A stretch of 64,000 nt of DNA from an uncultured Lactobacillales bacterium (GTDB taxonomy: Bacteria; Pseudomonadota; Alphaproteobacteria; CAAHEQ01; UBA3637), in contig CAYPVK010000003.1 of NCBI GenBank assembly GCA_964414185.1, positions 37,085 through 101,084 of the forward strand, in the 5' to 3' direction. Made by a program: the position numbers and the translations under genes. The notes under the pieces were generated by a model that saw only the letters and a list, made by a program, of their open reading frames with translations, was not told where the DNA came from and searched no databases. Below, piece after piece: positions 60,654-64,000 of this stretch. Within the stretch, counting starts at the first letter, position 1; each line of letters begins with the position of its first letter.

Positions 60654-62540
60654 ATGCCAATCCGATTACTCCCCCAAAACCTTATCAATCAAATCGCGGC
60701 CGGTGAAGTGGTCGAACGTCCCGCTTCGGCACTCAAAGAATTGGTTGAAAATGCCATTGATGCGGGGGCAACCAAAATTGACGTAACGATGATAGATGGC
60801 GGGAAAACATACTTTTCGGTCGTTGACAACGGCAAAGGGATGAGCAAAGACGAATTGGTGTTGGCCGTTGACAGGCATGCAACAAGCAAACTGCCGGATG
60901 AAGATTTATTCAATATTAACTTTTTGGGTTTCCGCGGCGAAGCGTTGCCGTCAATCGGTTCGGTATCAAAATTAAAAATTACCTCTCGTCCAAAAGAGGC
61001 TTCTGAAGCTTGGAGCATTGAGGTTTTGGGCGGCCATAAAAACGACCCGATGCCCGCTGCTCATACCTTTGGTACGACCGTTGAGGTACGGGATTTGTTT
61101 TATGCAACCCCTGCCCGTTTGAAATTTTTGAAGGCATCTCAAACAGAATTAAATTATGCAAAGGATGTTATTAACCGTTTGGCCATGGCTTACCCGCATA
61201 TCTCATTTACTTTAACCAATGGCGAACGCACATCGATAAATTATATTAAAACGGATGATTTGTTAACGCGTGTAGCGGCAGTTATCGGCAGAGAGTTTGA
61301 TAAAAACGCCGTAGAGATTGATACAGATTATCAAGGCGTGCATTTACGCGGCTATGTCGGGTTACCGACCTATTTAAGGGCAACATCATCTGAACAATAT
61401 CTGTTCGTTAACGGGCGTTTTATCAAAGATAAAATGGTTTTGGGTGCTGTGCGCGGCGCATTTCAAGGGCTTTTGGGGCATGGTAACGAAGGGCATCCCG
61501 TATTGGCGTTGTTTTTAACGGTGCCGAATGAAGATGTGGATGTCAATGTCCATCCGGCCAAAACGGAAGTACGATTTAAAGATGCAGCCTCTATCCGCGG
61601 ATTGCTTGTCGGTTCCATCCGCAACGCATTGGCCCGGCACGGCCATAAAACGGCTACGACAATCGGTATCGGTGCATTGGGAAAAGCAACACCGTCAATT
61701 TTGCCTCAACATCAACATTCAACGACGCCGTCCAAGTTGAATTTTGACAATATCGAGCCAATGATGAAAATGAACGATTTTTATTCGGTTCGTACAGATA
61801 AGGAATATATTGATATTTCTGAAAGCAAATACAGTTCGTTCAATCCGGATACGTCTTATACCGATTTAAATACCGTTGCCGTCAATTCTACCGTCCGACC
61901 GGATGAAATTCCGAATTTTGAAATGCCCGAATCGATTGGGACAGATATTCAAGACGATTTTCCGCCATTGGGTTTTGCCAAAGCACAACTTCATAAAACA
62001 TATATTGTTGCACAAACAAAAGACAGCATTATAATAGTCGACCAGCATGCTTCGCACGAACGGTTAACTTATGAAAAAATAATGGGAAATTTGGGACAGC
62101 ATGTGGCAACGCAATTATTGCTTATCCCCGAAATTGTCGATTTAAAACAACAAGAAGTCCAAACTTTGATGGATTGGCAAGCGGAGTTGAGCAAACTTGG
62201 GTTAGTGATTGATTCTTTCGGAACGGACAGTATTGCCGTACGCGAAGTGCCCGCCATTTTAAAACGGGTTGACATTAAAGCGCTCATTCAAGATTTAGCC
62301 GATACAATTTCCGAATTTGAAGATACGGTGACTTTGCAAGATAAACTTAAAGATATCTGTGCGCGTATGGCTTGCCATGGTTCCATTCGTGCCGGACGTG
62401 TCTTAACGTTGGATGAAATGAATGCCCTGCTCCGCCAAATGGAAGCTTGCGGAACATCGGGGCAATGTATCCACGGGCGTCCGACATATGTGGAATTAAA
62501 ATTGAATGATATTGAACGTTTGTTCGGCCGTAAGAATTAA
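60654..62540 (+). CDS. mutL: DNA mismatch repair protein MutL
   Basis: GHKL ATPase N-terminus (ELVENAIDAGAT, GFRGEAL) and a MutL C-terminal dimerisation domain. Confidence 0.9.
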   Translation: MPIRLLPQNLINQIAAGEVVERPASALKELVENAIDAGATKIDVTMIDGGKTYFSVVDNGKGMSKDELVLAVDRHATSKLPDEDLFNINFLGFRGEALPSIGSVSKLKITSRPKEASEAWSIEVLGGHKNDPMPAAHTFGTTVEVRDLFYATPARLKFLKASQTELNYAKDVINRLAMAYPHISFTLTNGERTSINYIKTDDLLTRVAAVIGREFDKNAVEIDTDYQGVHLRGYVGLPTYLRATSSEQYLFVNGRFIKDKMVLGAVRGAFQGLLGHGNEGHPVLALFLTVPNEDVDVNVHPAKTEVRFKDAASIRGLLVGSIRNALARHGHKTATTIGIGALGKATPSILPQHQHSTTPSKLNFDNIEPMMKMNDFYSVRTDKEYIDISESKYSSFNPDTSYTDLNTVAVNSTVRPDEIPNFEMPESIGTDIQDDFPPLGFAKAQLHKTYIVAQTKDSIIIVDQHASHERLTYEKIMGNLGQHVATQLLLIPEIVDLKQQEVQTLMDWQAELSKLGLVIDSFGTDSIAVREVPAILKRVDIKALIQDLADTISEFEDTVTLQDKLKDICARMACHGSIRAGRVLTLDEMNALLRQMEACGTSGQCIHGRPTYVELKLNDIERLFGRKN

Positions 62541-62649
62541 CGGAAAATTTTAACATCCTTAAATAACAAAATGAACGGTAAATTAAATCTTTAATTTGCG
62601 GTAAATCTTTTAGATTCGTTGTTTCAATTTTAATCATTATTTTTTCCTA

Positions 62650-62673
62650 AAAAAAGGGCGCGATTACGCGCCC
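62650..62673 (-). terminator. Terminator downstream of serS
   Basis: GGGCGCGattaCGCGCCC followed by a U-run on the minus strand. Confidence 0.5.
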
Positions 62674-62682
62674 CGACAATAT

Positions 62683-63948
62683 TTATTTAATTTCCGTCAT
62701 GCCCATCATATAGGGTTGCAAAGCTTTCGGAATCCTAATCGAACCGTCGGCTTGTTGATGATTTTCCAATAGGCCGACAAAAATGCGCGGACTGGCAATA
62801 CCCGTATTATTTAATGTATAACAATAATGTACTTTGCCGTCATTGCCGCGATACCTTAAATTTGTACGGCGCGCTTGCCAATCCACTAAAGAGGAACAAC
62901 TGTGCGTTTCACGATATTTTCCTTCGGACGGTACCCATACTTCGGCATCATGCATCATATATTTGCCCATTCCCATATCGCCCGTACAATTTTGAATGAT
63001 TTGATAAGGCAATTCAAAATCTTGCAATATTTCTTCCGTATTATTGAGCAAGAAATAATGCATTTTTTCCATTTCTTCCAAATTATCGCGCATTAAAACG
63101 TATTGTTCGGTTTTGTTAAATTGGTGAACGCGAATCAAACCGCGCGTATCACGCCCCGTCGCCCCCGCTTCACGGCGCAAGCATGGGGAAAAACCGGCAT
63201 ACATAATAGGCAAATCATTTTCCGTTAACAATTCATCCCTGTGCAAGCTGTTTAAAATAACTTCAGCCGTTCCGATTAAATATTGGTTGTCTTTCGGTAT
63301 TTCATACACACTGTCCGGATCGGCGGGAAAATGCCCCGTTCCCAACAAAGCACGTTCATCGCACAAAACGGGAACACTGATGGGAGTGAAACCTTTGGAA
63401 GCCAATTTATTAAGAACGTATTGATGAACGGCCAATTCATATTGTACCATTACTCCTTTAAGGCCGACCGTACGTGTGCCGGAAATTTTCGTAATACGGT
63501 TAGTTTCCAATAATCCTTTGCTTTCCAACAATTCCACATGGTCTTTGGGTTCGAAATCAAATTTCGGCGGTGTGCCGACTTGACGAATAACGACATTTTC
63601 ACTTTCGTCTTTGCCAATCGGCGTTCCTTCTTTCGGAATTGTCGGCGTTGACAACATCATGGTATATAATTGATCTTCAAGCGGTTTTAATTCAGCCGTC
63701 ATTTCGGCGATTTTAGCGCCCTCTTCCTTAGATTTTTCAATCAAAGCGGGCCGTGTTTCGTTAGTTGCCTTTTTAATTTCATTGGTCAAGCGGTTTTTTT
63801 CTTCTTGAGCCGCTTGTACGGCTGTTTTTAACGATGTGACTTTTTTATCCAAAGCCAACAATTCGTTTACATTCAAATCCAACCTTTTTTGAAGAGCCGC
63901 CGTTTGTACTTTTTCGGCATTTTCCCGAATAAATTTAATATCTAACAT
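62683..63948 (-). CDS. serS: Seryl-tRNA synthetase
   Basis: N-terminal coiled-coil and class II aaRS motifs 2 and 3 (FRREAG..., GSGLA...). Confidence 0.95.
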   Translation of the reverse strand: MLDIKFIRENAEKVQTAALQKRLDLNVNELLALDKKVTSLKTAVQAAQEEKNRLTNEIKKATNETRPALIEKSKEEGAKIAEMTAELKPLEDQLYTMMLSTPTIPKEGTPIGKDESENVVIRQVGTPPKFDFEPKDHVELLESKGLLETNRITKISGTRTVGLKGVMVQYELAVHQYVLNKLASKGFTPISVPVLCDERALLGTGHFPADPDSVYEIPKDNQYLIGTAEVILNSLHRDELLTENDLPIMYAGFSPCLRREAGATGRDTRGLIRVHQFNKTEQYVLMRDNLEEMEKMHYFLLNNTEEILQDFELPYQIIQNCTGDMGMGKYMMHDAEVWVPSEGKYRETHSCSSLVDWQARRTNLRYRGNDGKVHYCYTLNNTGIASPRIFVGLLENHQQADGSIRIPKALQPYMMGMTEIK

Positions 63949-64000
63949 ATCATACTCCTTACATAAATAATCTTAAAATTCCCATAAAAAAAGGATACAG

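Overview
The window looks like AT-rich (about 37-40% GC) alphaproteobacterial chromosome, from an endosymbiont-like lineage. This is inferred from AddAB, a PopZ/DUF2497 homologue, the SecB/Tim44-like/MltA neighbourhood and TolC; it is not confirmed. Housekeeping genes dominate: tyrS, accBC, comF, tmk-holB-tatD, dacC, rlpA, mltB, trxA, tsaD, tsaE, secB, addB/addA, lspA, pgi, mutL and serS, plus five tRNAs. Five accessory regions stand out. (1) At about 28.66-36.84 kb there is an integrase-less, roughly 8.2 kb phage-like element. It carries an XRE repressor, an HTH replication initiator, a small Zot/PRD1-P9-like P-loop ATPase, a 288-aa candidate capsid protein, a run of small membrane proteins, a SleB-type lysin and a holin-like protein. 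It is bounded by an exact 17-bp direct repeat whose right copy sits inside a dif-like site, which suggests Xer-dependent (IMEX-style) integration of a tailless membrane-phage-like (PM2/PRD1 lineage) prophage. (2) A DNA adenine methyltransferase gene carries a (GT)4G8 simple-sequence tract that, at its present length, leaves the N-terminal 87 codons out of frame. It lies next to a DUF262-HNH endonuclease, making this a candidate phase-variable defence/epigenetic module. (3) A 579-aa cysteine-rich tandem-repeat protein with a prepilin-like N-terminus sits between duplicated tRNA-Asn genes, with a third partial copy nearby. (4) The ATP synthase locus has the N-ATPase gene order atpD-C-Q-R-B-E-F, a Na+-type c-subunit signature and a b subunit with a delta-like C-terminus. 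(5) An orphan VirD4/TraG coupling protein is translationally coupled to a pentapeptide-repeat protein. A GT10 fucosyltransferase-like gene is also inserted in the conserved tmk-holB-tatD cluster. No rRNA genes or CRISPR arrays were seen.
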